From: Nitrospinota bacterium
GTDB lineage: Bacteria > Nitrospinota > Nitrospinia > Nitrospinales > VA-1
DNA: 64,000 bases
Direction of reading: 5' to 3'
Assembly: GCA_038108555.1 (NCBI GenBank)
Contig: JAYNIA010000001.1
Coordinates: forward strand, 139,505 to 203,504
Shown one piece after another: positions 1 to 10,186 of the stretch. Below the pieces are notes generated by a model. That model was not told where the DNA came from, did no database searches, and saw only the letters and a list, made by a program, of their open reading frames with translations. The position numbers were made by a program, and so were the translations under genes. Each line of letters begins with the position of its first letter. The stretch's first letter is position 1.

Positions 1-251
1 CCAAATACACCCAACTGACGCTTTCTTAAAAACAGATCCGTTTCTAACGCCAAATGGCCTATCCGCCCATGGTGGATTTTACCTACCTTTAGCCAAAAAA
101 AAGGTTTAATGATCCACAAAATTAAAATTACAGGAAAAACAAAAAGGAGACCCAAGATTTTAAACCCAAAATACACCAGTGCCCTTTGCAGTGCAGAGCA
201 ATCGCCCTTTTTCAGATTGGATAAAAACTTTTTCCACATGCTGCTGTTCAT
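1..251 (-). CDS. Partial (runs off window) putative glycosyltransferase, TIGR04372-like
   Basis: Not in ORF track. Manual translation from ATG 251 (or 239): MNSSMWKKFLSNLKKGDCSALQRALVYFGFKILGLLFVFPVILILWIIKPFFWLKVGKIHHGRIGHLALETDLFLRKRQLGVF, open to the edge. Hydrophobic segment then RIGHL, as I recall for TIGR04372 proteins. Confidence 0.65.
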   Translation of the reverse strand, partial: MNSSMWKKFLSNLKKGDCSALQRALVYFGFKILGLLFVFPVILILWIIKPFFWLKVGKIHHGRIGHLALETDLFLRKRQLGVF

Positions 252-998
252 CTTTCACACTCAAATATCATAAGACACCCAATAAAAGATTAAAGCCATA
301 TTTGATCTAAAAATTTTTTGGATAAAAATTGTTCGGGTGGGATCGGGTTTTATTGATTTTTTAAGCAAATTTTTGCTGGTTCATGCAATTTCCCAGGATA
401 ATCCTTGCTTTTTAAAAATTCCTTTTTCGATAAAAAATTTTCAAACAGTCTAAAAACTAAAAATTTGGATCACGCAAGCCTTCCGAAAAAATGGTTTGCC
501 TTTTTGAAAAACTCGAAAGGGATCTGGAAAAACTTAAAACCAAATAAAATTATTTTCAAAGAACTCTTAATCCACTTTCTTAAGAGGAGAGGTAATTCAG
601 AAGCAGAAGAAATATTTTTTCTTACCATGCCTCTATTGGGTGCTTGTTTCTACAAGGGGATTGTGTTAAGTAAAAAAGGCAACAAACTATTATTAACCCC
701 AACGGACATAGTTGCGATAATATCATTTTTCTAGCCACCTTGGTAGGTTACCCGCTTAATTATTTCGCCGAAAATGATTCCTCCTGGTCTAAAAAATTTC
801 CAAAACCTGAAGTTTGACAATAAAATAGTCCTCCTTGAAATCGATTCAACCTTAACATTGGATTCAGCACCCGTTTACAAATTTTCAACCAAAAGCTATT
901 TTAAATTTAAAAAATAAAGGCACCAAAGATAAAATAGTATAAAGTTGAAAAATGAAATATTAAATTGGAATATTATTCTCTTTTTTTATAAATAAAAA

Positions 999-1940
999 AT
1001 GAAAGTTTTGGTCACCGGTGGTTGTGGTTTCAAAGGGTCCGTACTCGTTCCCAAGTTGCTGGATCGAGAATATCAGGTAACCGTGGTGGATACGCTATGG
1101 TTCGGTAATTTTTTAGAGCCCCATCCCAATTTAAAAGTCTTAAACTTAGATATCCGGGATATCGAAAACATACCTTTAAATGGTATTGATGTAGTCATTC
1201 ATCTGGCATCCGTGGCAAATGATCCCTGTGGGGATCTTGACCCAAAACTGACCTGGGAGGTCAGCGCATTAGGCACCATGCAAATTGCAGAAAAGGCAGT
1301 TAAAAATGGTGTCAAACAGTTTATATATGCATCTTCTGGAAGTGTATATGGAATCAAGGAAGAGGAGCAGGTTACCGAAGATCTTGAACTAAAACCTATC
1401 TCGGAGTACAACAAAACAAAAATGGTCGCTGAACGGGTGCTATTGAGTTATAGCGAGAAAATGTTAGTACAGATAGTTAGACCTGCTACCGTTTGTGGGT
1501 TTTCTCCCCGTATGAGGCTTGATGTTTCAGTGAATATGCTGACCATGCAAGCACTCACCAATGGTTTGATCACGGTTTTCGGTGGAAATCAAACTCGCCC
1601 CAATATCCACATTGATGACATTACAGATGTATACCTGCATTTAATTGATGCCCAAGATTCCATACGTGGAATTTATAATGCAGGTTTCGAAAACATTTCC
1701 ATTCTCGATATTGCAAAATTAGTGGTCAAACACATTCCGGCTGAAATAAGTGTTACCGAATCAAATGATCCTCGCTCTTACAGAGTAAATTCTGACAAAC
1801 TTCTTGCGACCGGGTTCAAACCAAAAAAATCGGTAGAGAAAGCCATTTTGGAATTATGTGAAATGCATAATCAGGGAACATTAAAAAATGAAGATCGTTT
1901 CCACAATTTAAAATGGATGCAAGCCACCGTATTTAAATAA
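999..1940 (+). CDS. Extended SDR NDP-sugar epimerase/dehydratase
   Basis: TGGCGFKG Rossmann motif, SSGSVYG, YNKTK catalytic motif. Confidence 0.9.
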   Translation: MKVLVTGGCGFKGSVLVPKLLDREYQVTVVDTLWFGNFLEPHPNLKVLNLDIRDIENIPLNGIDVVIHLASVANDPCGDLDPKLTWEVSALGTMQIAEKAVKNGVKQFIYASSGSVYGIKEEEQVTEDLELKPISEYNKTKMVAERVLLSYSEKMLVQIVRPATVCGFSPRMRLDVSVNMLTMQALTNGLITVFGGNQTRPNIHIDDITDVYLHLIDAQDSIRGIYNAGFENISILDIAKLVVKHIPAEISVTESNDPRSYRVNSDKLLATGFKPKKSVEKAILELCEMHNQGTLKNEDRFHNLKWMQATVFK

Positions 1941-1968
1941 ACCTGCCACATTAATTTCCAATAATTTC

Positions 1969-2955
1969 ATGTCTGAAAAAATCTTAGTAATCGGTAGCAA
2001 CTCATTTTCCGGCGCCAGCTTCGTCCTTTCTGCGCTGGAGGCAGGCTTCGATGTGACTGGAATCAGCAGATCAGAAAAACCCCATTCCGTTTTTTTACCA
2101 TACATGCTTTCTGGAAAAGATATTGAGTTTCACCAAATGGACCTCAACCATGACCTTGAAAAAATAATAAGCCTCGTCAATTTAAAAAAACCCGAATACA
2201 TTGTAAATTTTGCCGCACAAAGTATGGTTGCGCAAAGCTGGGACAACCCAGACCATTGGTTCTCAACCAATCTGGTTTCCACAGTTAGATTGCATGACAA
2301 ATTACGGAATTGTGATTTTTTAAAAAAATACGTTCATATTTCAACTCCAGAGGTATACGGCAATTGTGAGGGGCATATTAAGGAAAGCGATTCCTATTTC
2401 CCCAGCACTCCATACGCCGTATCTCGTGCAGCAGCAGATATGAGTCTACACACCTATTATAATTCCTATAATTTTCCTGTTGTATTTACCCGAGCAGCCA
2501 ATGTTTATGGACCGGGACAACAATTATACCGAATCATTCCAAGAACTATTCTTTACATTAAACTGGGGAAAAAATTGCAATTACATGGTGGTGGGACTTC
2601 TCAGCGCTCCTTTATCCATATCAATGACGTATCAGAAGCAACATTACAAATCACGAAAAATGCCACCCCAGGAGAGATTTTTCATATTGCCACGAAAAAC
2701 TCCATTACCATTCGCAAATTGGTTGAAATGATATGTGATTTAATGGATGTGGATTTTGACTCAAATGTAGAGGTGGTCGGCGAACGATTGGGAAAGGACT
2801 CAGCCTACTTGCTGGATAGCTCAAAAGTGAGAGATGTTTTTGGCTGGAAAGATAAAATATCTTTAGAAGAAGGAATCCAGGATGTTCTAAACTGGGTCGA
2901 AACCAACCTTTCCGTTTTAAAAAACCAGCCATTCGATTATATCCACAAAGCGTAA
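1969..2955 (+). CDS. RmlB/Gmd-like extended SDR with non-canonical motifs
   Basis: NFAAQS, STPEVYG, PSTPYAVSR, NVYGPGQ, QRSFIH; overall dTDP-glucose 4,6-dehydratase-like. Confidence 0.85.
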   Translation: MSEKILVIGSNSFSGASFVLSALEAGFDVTGISRSEKPHSVFLPYMLSGKDIEFHQMDLNHDLEKIISLVNLKKPEYIVNFAAQSMVAQSWDNPDHWFSTNLVSTVRLHDKLRNCDFLKKYVHISTPEVYGNCEGHIKESDSYFPSTPYAVSRAAADMSLHTYYNSYNFPVVFTRAANVYGPGQQLYRIIPRTILYIKLGKKLQLHGGGTSQRSFIHINDVSEATLQITKNATPGEIFHIATKNSITIRKLVEMICDLMDVDFDSNVEVVGERLGKDSAYLLDSSKVRDVFGWKDKISLEEGIQDVLNWVETNLSVLKNQPFDYIHKA

Positions 2956-2988
2956 TCTAAGGAATTTTTGTCTCTCAAATTTCCCGTT

Positions 2989-3017
2989 TTGACTTTAAAA
3001 TGGGTTCTTACTATAAT
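2989..3017 (+). promoter_or_regulatory. Sigma70-type promoter upstream of the GmhA-like operon
   Basis: TTGACT (2989-2994), 17 bp spacer, TATAAT (3012-3017). Confidence 0.7.
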
Positions 3018-3163
3018 CCTAACCAGTTGATAAATAGGGATTGAACAAGGTCTGCCTTTTTTGCCGGCGGGTATACGGGCGCTTAATTCTATCAAAGACC
3101 TCAAACTCCCCCTAATGAATAAAAACTATAATCCTCATAGATTTAATTACTTAGAGACCCAGT

Positions 3164-3745
3164 GTGAGCGAATTTCCTAAAACATATTTTGATAACTTAA
3201 TAAACGAACTAAAATCCATCAGGGTATCCGATCAAAATGGAAATCCGGTGGAAACTTTTGAAGGCATTGAAAAGGTAGCTCAATTAATCCTTACTGAAAG
3301 TCAGAAAGGAAAAAAATTAATTTTTATTGGCAATGGAGCCAGTGCAGGTATATCCAGTCACATGTCAACAGACTACTGGAAAAATGGTGGGGTACGCGCA
3401 ATTGCTTTCAACGATAGTTCACTTTTAACTTGCATCAGCAACGATTATGGCTACGAACACGTATTTGAAAAACCCGTTGAAATGTTTGCGGATAAAGGCG
3501 ATCTGCTAATGGCGATAAGTAGTTCTGGCCAATCTGAAAATATTCTTCGCGCCGTCAAGGCCGCAATTTCTGCTGAATGCAAAGTAATTACATTTTCAGG
3601 GTTTAAAGATAACAACCCTCTGCGTCAAATGGGAAACTATAATTTTTACTCCAACTCCTCTTCTTATGGTCCTGTTGAAATCACACATCTTTCAATTTGC
3701 CACTGCATTTGTGATTTGATCATCCAAAAAAAATCCAAACTCTAA
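3164..3745 (+). CDS. SIS-domain phosphosugar isomerase, GmhA-like
   Basis: GNGASA..SSH, TCISNDYGYEHVF, AISSSGQSENI; GTG start. Confidence 0.88.
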   Translation: MSEFPKTYFDNLINELKSIRVSDQNGNPVETFEGIEKVAQLILTESQKGKKLIFIGNGASAGISSHMSTDYWKNGGVRAIAFNDSSLLTCISNDYGYEHVFEKPVEMFADKGDLLMAISSSGQSENILRAVKAAISAECKVITFSGFKDNNPLRQMGNYNFYSNSSSYGPVEITHLSICHCICDLIIQKKSKL

Positions 3746-3753
3746 AGGAAAAT

Positions 3754-4731
3754 ATGCTGAACCCAGATTTGGCTAAGGCAATGTATTTGGATATGTTGCA
3801 AATTCGGTTGGTAGAGGAAGGTATTGCCGATTTATATCCCGAACAGGAGATGCGCTGTCCGGTTCATTTATGCATTGGCCAGGAAGCCATTCCAGTGGGC
3901 GTTTGCTCTACACTCAAAAAAGAAGATATTGTTATGGGAAATCACCGATCCCACGGGCACTATTTGGCCAAGGGTGGAGATTTAAGGTCTATGATGGCGG
4001 AAATTTATGGTAAGGCTAACGGTTGCTCAAAGGGCAAAGGAGGGTCCATGCATCTGATTGATCTTTCTGTAAATTTTTATGGCACCACACCGATTGTAGC
4101 CAGCATTGTGCCAATCGCAGTGGGTACGGCATTTGCCACTTATTTAAAAGATGAAACCAGAGTTACCATAATTTTTCTTGGGCGAGCTGCTACTGAAGAG
4201 GGGGTGTTTGCAGAAAGTTTGAACTTTGCCGCCTTAAAAAAACTTCCCATTGTTTTTGTTTCTGAAGACAACTTTTTTTCTGTTTACACCCCTCTTTCAG
4301 AAAGGCAGCCCCGGGAAAGGGAAAATACAGAAATAGCCAAAGCCTTTGGCATTCCAAGTGACAAAGGAAATGGAAATGACATTAGGGAGGTTTATAATCT
4401 TTCTGAAAAAGCGGTGCGACATGCTAGAGAAGGAAAGGGCCCTTATTTTCTGGAATTTGAAACATATCGATGGCGTGAACACTGCGGCCCCTATTACGAT
4501 ACCGATTTGCCGTATCGGTCCGAAGAGGAGTTCAAAGAATGGAAGAAAAAATGTCCCATTGAAAACTTTGAAAAACTTTTATTAAAAGAAAATGTCCTAG
4601 ATAAAAAACAGTTGGTCGAAATGCGTGAGTCAATACAAAAAAAATTTGAAGATGCTGTAGCCTTCGCAAAATCAAGTCCATTTCCCCATCCCGATGAAAT
4701 CTTCAGTGATCTTTTCAAAGAGGCAAACTAA
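3754..4731 (+). CDS. ThDP-dependent 2-oxoacid dehydrogenase E1 alpha-like subunit
   Basis: HLCIGQEA, HRSHGHYLAKG, GGSMH, TYRWREH; ThDP motif reads GRAATEEG..EDN. Confidence 0.9.
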   Translation: MLNPDLAKAMYLDMLQIRLVEEGIADLYPEQEMRCPVHLCIGQEAIPVGVCSTLKKEDIVMGNHRSHGHYLAKGGDLRSMMAEIYGKANGCSKGKGGSMHLIDLSVNFYGTTPIVASIVPIAVGTAFATYLKDETRVTIIFLGRAATEEGVFAESLNFAALKKLPIVFVSEDNFFSVYTPLSERQPRERENTEIAKAFGIPSDKGNGNDIREVYNLSEKAVRHAREGKGPYFLEFETYRWREHCGPYYDTDLPYRSEEEFKEWKKKCPIENFEKLLLKENVLDKKQLVEMRESIQKKFEDAVAFAKSSPFPHPDEIFSDLFKEAN

Positions 4732-4737
4732 ATAGAT

Positions 4738-5799
4738 ATGAAGAGAGAAATTACATTTTCTCAGGCTATCCTAGAATGTACGGATCAATATTTAGCAAAT
4801 GATCCTTCCGTATATGTTATGGGGCTAGGAGTTCCTGACCCTAAGGGTATATTTGGAACCACCGTTGGGTTGAGGGAAAAGTACGGGGAGAAACGGGTTA
4901 TGGATATGCCTGTTTCGGAAAATGGAATGACAGGAGTTGCAATAGGTTCAGCTTTGATGGGTATGCGCCCAATTATGACCCATCAAAGAATAGATTTTAT
5001 GCTTCTGTCATTGGATCAAATAATTAACAATGCGGCAAAATGGTACTACATGTTTGGCGGGAAAAAGAGTGTGCCCTTGGTTATTAGACTGCTGGTTGGA
5101 CAGGGTTGGGGACAAGGCCCGCAACATTCTCAAAGTCTGCAGACGCTTTTTTCACATATTCCAGGACTTAAAGTGGTATTTCCTTTTTCGCCCTACGATG
5201 CAAAAGGTCTGTTATCCGCTTCTATCCAAGACGACAACCCTGTAATTTTTATAGAGCATCGTTGGCTTCACAATTTGCACGGCCATGTTCCTGAAGAACC
5301 TTTCCAGGCTCCCATTGGCAAGGCCAAAGTCGTTAATAAAGGTAAGGATCTGACGATAGTTTCAGGTTCTTACATGATGGTTGAATCATTAAAAGCCTCC
5401 GAATGCCTGAAAGAAAATGGAATCGAGGTGGAAGTAATCGATCTTCGCTCTATAAAACCATTGGATGAAGATACCATTATTCAATCTGTAATGAACACAG
5501 GACATTTGCTGGTTGTTGATGGGGCATGGCGCTTCCTTAGTATTTCCGCAGAAATAATTTCAATTGTTGTGGAAAAGGCTTTTAAATATTTGAAAAAACC
5601 ACCAGGTCGGGTAACTTTTCCTGATGTTCCGACTCCAACGAGTTGGGCCATGGCCAATAATTTTTACCCTCGCGCAATTAATATTTTGCGGAAAGTGGAA
5701 GAAATTTTGGATCTACCTTGCAAAAGTGAAGAAGAGTGGGGAATCGTAACAACAGGTCCATTGGATGTTCCAGACAAATCTTTTACGGGACCTTTTTAA
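4738..5799 (+). CDS. ThDP-dependent dehydrogenase E1 beta-like subunit
   Basis: DMPVSENG, GPQHSQ, DAKGLL, NPVIFIEH, EVIDLRSIKPLD. Confidence 0.9.
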   Translation: MKREITFSQAILECTDQYLANDPSVYVMGLGVPDPKGIFGTTVGLREKYGEKRVMDMPVSENGMTGVAIGSALMGMRPIMTHQRIDFMLLSLDQIINNAAKWYYMFGGKKSVPLVIRLLVGQGWGQGPQHSQSLQTLFSHIPGLKVVFPFSPYDAKGLLSASIQDDNPVIFIEHRWLHNLHGHVPEEPFQAPIGKAKVVNKGKDLTIVSGSYMMVESLKASECLKENGIEVEVIDLRSIKPLDEDTIIQSVMNTGHLLVVDGAWRFLSISAEIISIVVEKAFKYLKKPPGRVTFPDVPTPTSWAMANNFYPRAINILRKVEEILDLPCKSEEEWGIVTTGPLDVPDKSFTGPF

Positions 5800-5813
5800 A
5801 ATATAACTACAAT

Positions 5814-7343
5814 ATGCAAACAACACGCGAAAAAATATTAACCCTGGATAATATTTCAAACAAGGCAGAGGAACTCCGCCAGAAAGGAAAACGCATCATT
5901 TTATGCCACGGAACCTTTGATCTATTGCATATTGGCCACATTCGCCATTTGCAAAATGCGAGGGAAAAGGGAGATGTGCTTTTTGTAACAGTAACGGGTG
6001 ACAAATTTGTTAACAAGGGACCGGGCCGACCTGTTTTCCCTGAACATTTGCGCACCGAAAACCTTGCAGCTTTGTCCTGTGTGGATTTTGTTGCAATCAA
6101 CCAGGCACCCACTGCGGTAAATATCATCCCAATGATAAGGCCGGATGCTTACATTAAGGGCCAGGAGTATAAAGTTTCAAGTGACGATTTGACAGGAAAT
6201 ATAGCCCGTGAGAAAGAAGCCGTCGAAGAACATGGTGGCGAAGTCATTTTCACTGAAGATATTACTTTCAGCTCCTCGAACTTATTAAACGAAAACTTTG
6301 GTGTCTTCTCAAGGGAAACCAATGAATTCCTGAAAAAATTCCGGTCACATTACAAGGATGCCGAAATCATCAGGAACTTGAAGGAGTTGTCCAAATTAAA
6401 AGTGCTGGTGGTGGGTGATGCTATTATTGATGAATACCACTATATAACTGTGTTGGGTCAATCTGGCAAGGGAACTCATCAGTCCGTCAAATATGAAACC
6501 GAAGAACGATTTGCGGGTGGCGCCTTGGCAGTGGCCAACCACATTGCGGGATTTTCAGGCAACGTCACTCTGATAAGTGGAATAGGAAAAGAAGCTTCCA
6601 ACGAAGAGTTTATACGATCAAAACTGGATGAAAAAGTAACACCTCATTTTCATTATTTCAGCGATGCCCCCACTATCATAAAACGGCGATTTGTAGATGA
6701 AGATCTAAACAAGTTTTTCGAAGTTTATATTTATAACGAGCAACCTCATAAAGAAAAACTGGATCAGGAAATTTGCCAATGGCTAAAGGAAAATACATCC
6801 GATTTCGATATTGTCATGGTTCCTGATTTTGGAAACGGTTTTATCTCCAAAAGCATGATTGAAATAATTTGTAAAAAAGCAAAATTCCTCGCCGTAAATA
6901 CACAGGTAAATAGTGGGAATCGGGGTTACCACGTAATAAATCGTTACCCCAGGGCAGATTTTATTTCTTTAAACGGCCCAGAATTAAGAATGGCCTCTCA
7001 CAATCGTTATGACCCACTGGAAGGTTTGGCCGAGAAGACCGCCCAACAATTAAAATCAAAATATTTCGCCGTAACTCTAGGAAGTAAAGGAGCAATTTTA
7101 CTTAACAGGGAAGACAACCAGGTTCATAAAATACCCGTATTGTCGACAAAAGTTCTCGATCGCATAGGAGCGGGAGATTCCTTCCTTTCCCTTGCCGGCT
7201 TATGCCTTGGCGGAGGATTACCTGCTGACATGAGCCTTTTTGTTGGAAGCGCAGCTGCCGCTTTAGATGTACAAATTGTTTGTAATAGGGAGCCTGTTTC
7301 CTCGGTCGCTTTATACAAATATATAACTACTTTATTAAAATAA
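5814..7343 (+). CDS. Bifunctional nucleotidyltransferase / PfkB sugar kinase (HldE-like, reversed domain order)
   Basis: N-terminal GTFDLLHIGH and KGPGRP; C-terminal VVGDAIIDEY and DRIGAGDSF. Start moved to ATG 5814, after the E1-beta stop. Confidence 0.88.
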   Translation: MQTTREKILTLDNISNKAEELRQKGKRIILCHGTFDLLHIGHIRHLQNAREKGDVLFVTVTGDKFVNKGPGRPVFPEHLRTENLAALSCVDFVAINQAPTAVNIIPMIRPDAYIKGQEYKVSSDDLTGNIAREKEAVEEHGGEVIFTEDITFSSSNLLNENFGVFSRETNEFLKKFRSHYKDAEIIRNLKELSKLKVLVVGDAIIDEYHYITVLGQSGKGTHQSVKYETEERFAGGALAVANHIAGFSGNVTLISGIGKEASNEEFIRSKLDEKVTPHFHYFSDAPTIIKRRFVDEDLNKFFEVYIYNEQPHKEKLDQEICQWLKENTSDFDIVMVPDFGNGFISKSMIEIICKKAKFLAVNTQVNSGNRGYHVINRYPRADFISLNGPELRMASHNRYDPLEGLAEKTAQQLKSKYFAVTLGSKGAILLNREDNQVHKIPVLSTKVLDRIGAGDSFLSLAGLCLGGGLPADMSLFVGSAAAALDVQIVCNREPVSSVALYKYITTLLK

Positions 7344-7407
7344 TATCCGGCACTTTTTCCTTTTCTCAAGGGCGTCAAACTTGATCGAATCAAACAATTT
7401 TTGAGCC

Positions 7408-8310
7408 ATGGAAACAAAACCCAATATTCTGGTTCTGGGCAATGGAGGTTTTATAGGTACGGCTTTATATAACCATTTAAAGAAGGAAAAAGAATGTGAA
7501 GTCAGGGGGGTTAACTCATCGAGCATGAATTTAACCTCTCCTGAAAGCATAAGTAAAATTGAAAATATAGTTGATGAAAATACTGTAATTGTGTTTTTGG
7601 CAAGAGCCCCAAGGAACCAAGACCCCTTGACAACCTTTGAGCAGGATATTTTGATAACCTGCAATGTTGCGCGTTTAATTAAAAAAAAGTCTTTAAAAAA
7701 GTTTTTGTATTTTAGCTCAACATCGGTTTATGGAGATGGGGAAACCAATTTATGCATTAACGAAAATACGAAAAGGGCTCCAACATCCTACTACGGCATT
7801 TCCAAGTTGGTTTCTGAAGAAATCTTACAAAAAGTCTGCCAGGAAAACGGAATTTCTATTGTAATCCTTCGACCCTGCATGATCTACGGCCCGGGGAATA
7901 ATGAGCGGCCATATGGTCCGGATCGCTTAATATATTCCATAATAAATCAAGGTCAGTTAGAATTGATTGGCGACGGAACAGATTTAAGGGATTACCTTTT
8001 TCTGGAAGATTTAGTAAGAATTTTAGAAAAATTTATTTTTTACCCTTCTCAGGGTATTTACAACCTAGCCTCGGATGATAGCGTGTCTATGCTGTATATT
8101 TCTGAAATTTTAAGAGAAATCTCAAAAAAGGATTTCCCGATAATAAAACTGGAAAGAAACAGACCGAAAATTGATCAAAAACTGGATATTTCCAAATTAT
8201 TAAGTTTTTATCCAGATTTTAAATTTTCACCTCTAAAAAAAGGATTGAGGAAATCCTATGAATTTTTTCTACTTAATCAAAACCTAAATAAAATGGGTAC
8301 CGTTAAATAA
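7408..8310 (+). CDS. NAD-dependent epimerase/dehydratase/reductase (extended SDR)
   Basis: GNGGFIG, SSTSVYG, YGISK, RDYL. Confidence 0.88.
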   Translation: METKPNILVLGNGGFIGTALYNHLKKEKECEVRGVNSSSMNLTSPESISKIENIVDENTVIVFLARAPRNQDPLTTFEQDILITCNVARLIKKKSLKKFLYFSSTSVYGDGETNLCINENTKRAPTSYYGISKLVSEEILQKVCQENGISIVILRPCMIYGPGNNERPYGPDRLIYSIINQGQLELIGDGTDLRDYLFLEDLVRILEKFIFYPSQGIYNLASDDSVSMLYISEILREISKKDFPIIKLERNRPKIDQKLDISKLLSFYPDFKFSPLKKGLRKSYEFFLLNQNLNKMGTVK

Positions 8311-8325
8311 AAATATTCCTGAAAG

Positions 8326-10158
8326 ATGAATGAAAGAACCCCATTAGACTTTAAAGATAATCCAGCCGACGCAAAACCACCAGAATCTGGCTGCCAGGAA
8401 GATAATCTGGCGACGGAGTCTTACCACCTGTTACTGGAAAAATTAAAGCCTATCAAGGAATTGATTCTTATTGCCCCGATGCAGGTTCCAAATTCTGTTT
8501 TCGACATTGAGGTGGCAAAGAGATCGGGGTATTTCAATTATCCTCCCGTGGGCCTTCTATATATTGCCTCTGCCGCGAAAAAAGTGGACCCCAGCATCAA
8601 AATTCAGCTGATAGACCTGAATTTGGAAATGCTTCAAAATGCAAACGGGGGAAATTTTTCATATGACTTTTGGAAATCGAGAATTTCAAAGGTTTTAAAA
8701 AATGCAGACTCCCCCTATGTCGGCATAACATGTATGTTTGATGTCAACAAGGAAACTTTTATCGACATATCCCAACATATTAAAAGCGAGTTCCCGGATA
8801 TTCCAGTTTTAGCTGGAGGAGTTCAAGCCACTTATGATTATGAAGAATTATTAGATAAACATGGCTTCGACCTTATTTTTAGAAAAGAAAGTGAAATTCA
8901 GTTTTCCAACTTCATTACCAACATAAACCAGAAAGACTTCTCTCATGAACCCAAGGGAGTGGCTTTTACCCATAAGCAAAAAATAATAACTTTAGGAGAA
9001 CCAGAACAGGACACCCCTGTAGAATTTGATATACGCGATTCCTATTCGCTGATACCTATAGAGGATTATTATAAAGTAGGAGGCTTGGCCGTTTTTTCCA
9101 GATATAACGGGATTAATAAACCTTTTGCAACGGTACTTAGCAATCGAGGATGCAGGGCCTATTGTACTTTTTGCACGGTACGCGATTTCAACGGCAAGGG
9201 CATACGTGCTCGAACAGTCGAAAGCGTTATCAACGAACTAAAATTCTTATGGGAAAAAGGAATTAGACAAATTGACTGGCTGGATGATGATTTTTTATGG
9301 GATAAGGAACGAACCCTTCATCTTTTAAAAAGAATGACAGAGGAAGTTCCCGGTATGGAATGGATCAGCAATAATGGACTTATTGCTGCAGCAATTAATG
9401 AGGAAATAATGGAATGGATGGTTCGTTCCGGACTTAAAGCGGTAAAAGTGGGTATCGAATCTGGAAATGACGCCATGCTTAAAAAAATTCTGAAACCCAC
9501 AAGTAAAAGAAAATTATTAATGTCTTCAGAGCTTTTTAAAAAATATCCCGAGGTTTTTTACAGCGGAAACTTTATTCTTGGTTTCCCCAACGAAACATTT
9601 CAGGAAATGATGGACTCTTATAATTTCGCACGCAAATTGGACTGGGACTGGGCCAGCTTTTATATTTGCCAACCCCTGGTTGGTACTGCCATGTATTCCA
9701 TCTTCAAAGATCTTGGCGAGGAAAGTGATAGCAATAAAGCTCTAAACCCAGGCCGATTAGCCCAACGCGGAGAAATGGGAGTAAAGTTCAATGGTGATTC
9801 GGACCCCATATTACGTGGAAGAGATATTTTTGACCTCCCTCCCGATATCGTCCCCTCTCGAGACCAATTAAACGAAATTTGGTTTACTTTCAATTTTTTA
9901 GCTAATTTTCTCAATAACCGTAATTGTCGTTCAGGCGGAAATATAGAAAAACTTATCAGATGGTATGAATCCATTTTCGCCGGCTACCCACATGACGCCT
10001 CTATGGCAGCGGCCCTGGCTCATGGATACCGTTTGAGCAATCAGGTTAAAACCGCACAATCCTATCAAAAAACTTTTGAAACCATCTTGGAAAAATCCAA
10101 TTATTGGCAATCACGAGTGAAGCAATTTCCAGAACTTCTGGAAATGGCCGGTCTCTAA
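8326..10158 (+). CDS. B12-binding-domain radical SAM enzyme
   Basis: PPVGLLYIA and GGVQAT N-terminal domain; RGCRAYCTFC; GIESG; FILGFPNET. Confidence 0.9.
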   Translation: MNERTPLDFKDNPADAKPPESGCQEDNLATESYHLLLEKLKPIKELILIAPMQVPNSVFDIEVAKRSGYFNYPPVGLLYIASAAKKVDPSIKIQLIDLNLEMLQNANGGNFSYDFWKSRISKVLKNADSPYVGITCMFDVNKETFIDISQHIKSEFPDIPVLAGGVQATYDYEELLDKHGFDLIFRKESEIQFSNFITNINQKDFSHEPKGVAFTHKQKIITLGEPEQDTPVEFDIRDSYSLIPIEDYYKVGGLAVFSRYNGINKPFATVLSNRGCRAYCTFCTVRDFNGKGIRARTVESVINELKFLWEKGIRQIDWLDDDFLWDKERTLHLLKRMTEEVPGMEWISNNGLIAAAINEEIMEWMVRSGLKAVKVGIESGNDAMLKKILKPTSKRKLLMSSELFKKYPEVFYSGNFILGFPNETFQEMMDSYNFARKLDWDWASFYICQPLVGTAMYSIFKDLGEESDSNKALNPGRLAQRGEMGVKFNGDSDPILRGRDIFDLPPDIVPSRDQLNEIWFTFNFLANFLNNRNCRSGGNIEKLIRWYESIFAGYPHDASMAAALAHGYRLSNQVKTAQSYQKTFETILEKSNYWQSRVKQFPELLEMAGL

Positions 10159-10186
10159 TTTATTTTTAATTTTGTCGGAGAAAGAA

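Noticed and set aside
405..734. 109-aa ORF
   Set aside because: TTG start, K/F-rich low-complexity translation of an AT-rich divergent spacer, no motif; probably spurious.
3066..3073. ops/JUMPstart element (GGCGGGTA)
   Set aside because: Does not match GGCGGTAG and lacks the upstream JUMPstart stem.
3030..3115. Cobalamin riboswitch (AATAGGGA and AGACC resemble fragments of it)
   Set aside because: Core elements such as CCGGTG-AA-TCCGG, ACTGT and GGGAAG are absent.
3754..5799. Central pyruvate/acetoin dehydrogenase complex
   Set aside because: No E2/E3 or lipoyl genes nearby; embedded among sugar-nucleotide genes.
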